Assembly: GCF_006345805.1 (NCBI RefSeq)
Contig: NC_043011.1
Location: forward strand, 1,860,001 to 1,924,000
Length of the DNA: 64,000 nucleotides
From: Octopus sinensis
Taxonomy: Eukaryota
Reading direction: 5' to 3'
A model generated the notes under the pieces. The model was not told where the DNA came from and searched no databases. It saw only the letters and a program-made list of their open reading frames with translations. The translations under genes were made by a program, and so were the position numbers. The stretch's first letter is position 1; each line of letters starts with the position of its first letter. Shown here in pieces: positions 61,644 to 64,000 of this stretch.

Positions 61644-61862
61644 ATCTGTAAAATAATATGTGACAATTATTCAATAGCCAAGATAATACTCTGAGTTTCG
61701 GATGCCGAAGTGGAAATCCACAACACCATCTCTTCGGTAATTCGAAACTCAGAGTTTTATCTTGGCTATTGTATAATTGTCACATATTATTTTACAGATA
61801 AATTTCCTCTATTCACATAATATTCAGGTCTCTTTCTTTCTTTTGTTATTTTACCGCTTTTA
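61644..61862. mobile_element. HH2-family foldback repeat (~56-bp arms, 61644-61700 and 61743-61799)
   Basis: Homologous to 32031-32310 and flanked by (TA)n. Minus strand reads CCGAAGA GATG..CATCC GAAA CTCAGAG TA^ TTATC. Confidence 0.9.
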
Positions 61863-62824
61863 CTATATATATATGCATATATTTACATATACATATTTGT
61901 ATATATATATATCTGTGTGTGTGAAGTTGTATTTGTCCCCTACTGCTTAACAACTGGTGTTGGTTTGTTTATGTCCTGATAACTTTGCAGTTTGGCATAA
62001 ATGACTGATAGAATAAATACCAGGCTTAACCCCGCCACACACCTACATGCACACACTCACTCACTCTCTCTCTCTCTCTCACCCCCCCACTCACACACAC
62101 ACTCACCCACCCCCCAAGTACTGGTATTGATTCATTTCACTAAAACCTTTTAAAGTAGGGCTGCATCATTGCTGGTCATTCAATGACTTCAACAAGTAAA
62201 AGATAAAAGTTGTTCTTTAGCCACAGGTCAGGCTTTGTAAAACAGCTCTGTAATGTAAAATACCCTTAGACACAGTGCATGTTATCTTATGTATTTTTCC
62301 CTTTTTTAAGATGGCAAAGTATGATTTTTAAGTAGGTTTGTATAATACTTCTATTAGAATAGCACCTGTATAAAGGCTACTTTGTTGGCTTGATTCCAAT
62401 ATAATAACAGTGGTACATAATTTAGCTGTATGGTTGAATATCTTCTACTGTAGCTTTGGGTTGACCAAGTAAAGTGTCTATGGAATTTGGTCGTCAGAAA
62501 CTAAATTGAATCCCATCTCATGTATATGTGTGTGTGTATGTGTGTGTGTGCATTTGCATTTGAGTTTTACCTCTTTGTTGCCCATAACTTAGCAGTTTGA
62601 TAGAGATTGATAAAATAAATATACCAGACTAAAATACCTCCAAGGATTGATATGATTAATGGACTCACAAAATCAGTGCCCTAGCAGTACTTTGAGATAA
62701 GTGAAGACAATAAAATATAAGTGATATAGAAACTATATTTCTCTCAGTTATCAGTATTGCTTTAATGTTTTAATAGTGATAACTGATGGAAACAATTAAA
62801 TCAGTAAAGTTTACAATAATTAAA

Positions 62825-62827
<3 letters not shown>

Positions 62828-62870
<43 letters not shown>
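62828..62870. repeat. (AG)n microsatellite
   Basis: Seen directly. Confidence 0.97.
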
Positions 62871-62871
<1 letters not shown>

Positions 62872-63713
62872 AAGATAGAGTGAGACTATTGCATCAATCC
62901 TAATATCCTAATGTAGATATGACCAAAATCTTGCAAGCATTGAAACATGAGTGCATCTACTTCACATTTTTGATGTGCCTGTTTACTTTTTGCTTCAAAT
63001 ATTCGCATCTCTTGGAAAAACATTTGTCTGATTTATTTTATATAAATTTAAACTTCAATCAATTCTAATTTGATATATATTTTAGCTTCAGACATAATCA
63101 TAGCTTAAATTGCTAAAGAAAAATCTTCAAAAAGTGACTCAGGCGCTAAATGAGGTATTGGATATTTTTCTTTTGATATTTGCAACAAAAATTAAATGAA
63201 AGATATGTTCAAATATAGAATATACTTATAAACGATGCTTTTATTCCAATTAATATGGTAAAATCTTTGTTTGTAGTATTAATAGGCTACCAATCTAGAT
63301 CGTTTTATATTGGAAACCGAATATTATGTAAAATAGTTTACTTTAAAGTAGACAAAATTCTATATGTATGTATTTTCATTTCACAAATCACATTTAGAAA
63401 ATTAGAATTATTTGTGGTTGTAGCATTTAAAATGAACATATTGATGGATGGTTGAAATTAGCTTTTTTATAAGATTTTTTTTCAGTTATATATTCACTAT
63501 TGACATACTAAAATTCAACTATACTAATATGCTTCCTACAAGATGCAGATGGTTAAGGTGCTGAGAAACCAAACTGCAAGATCAAGATTTAGATAGTTCA
63601 TGTTCAAACACAAACTGTTCAGTATCTTCTCACCCTTTAGCCTTCAGATTGCTCCATCAAACGTAATGCTTATTTGTTCACATTAATTGTGCATTGTGTC
63701 ATAACTTCAGGAG

Positions 63714-64000
63714 TGGAGGCGCAATGGCCCAGTGGTTAGGGCAGCGGACTCACGGTCATAGGGTCGTGGTTTCGATTCCCAGACCGGGCGTTGTGAGTGT
63801 TTATTGAGCGAAAACACCTAAAGCTCCACAAGGCTCCGGCAGGGGATGGTGGTGATCCCTGCTGTACTCTTTCACCACAACTTTCTCTCACTCTTACTTC
63901 CTGTTTCTGTTGTACCTGTATTTCAAAGGGCCGGCCTTGTCACTCTCTGTGTCACGCTGAATATCCCCAAGAACTACGTTAAGGGTGCACGTGTCTGTGG
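63714..64000 (+). mobile_element. tRNA-derived SINE family D, cut by the window edge
   Basis: Near-identical to 49130-49420. Confidence 0.88.

Noticed and set aside
63714-63790. tRNA gene (also the tRNA-like heads of SINE families A, C and E)
   Set aside because: A and B boxes are present, but there is no closed acceptor stem or cloverleaf, and each head continues into a multi-copy SINE body.

Overview
This is an AT-rich, repeat-saturated eukaryotic window with no intact host gene that I can recognise. The repeat complement looks like a coleoid cephalopod, probably an octopus; that is an inference from repeat style only. It contains several tRNA-derived SINE families, long (TA)n/(CA)n/(CAT)n microsatellites and many decayed elements. 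The non-LTR fossils are R4/Dong-, HERO- and CRE-like restriction-endonuclease LINEs, a CR1-like LINE and RTE-like LINEs. There are also two kinds of Penelope-like GIY-YIG element, mariner/maT and hAT transposase fossils, hAT MITEs with exact 8-bp TSDs, and Helentron/HINE-like elements. The most notable signal is a set of type I hammerhead ribozymes in short non-coding repeats. Family HH1 has a complete core at 31822-31882 (+), its mirror copy on the minus strand inside a 553-bp foldback, and a homolog at 16872-16930 with compensatory base changes, sitting in a ~357-bp tandem array like a retrozyme or Penelope pseudo-LTR. A second family, HH2, occurs in two independent foldbacks (32031-32310 and 61644-61862). 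All structural calls were made by eye; none were computed or tested.
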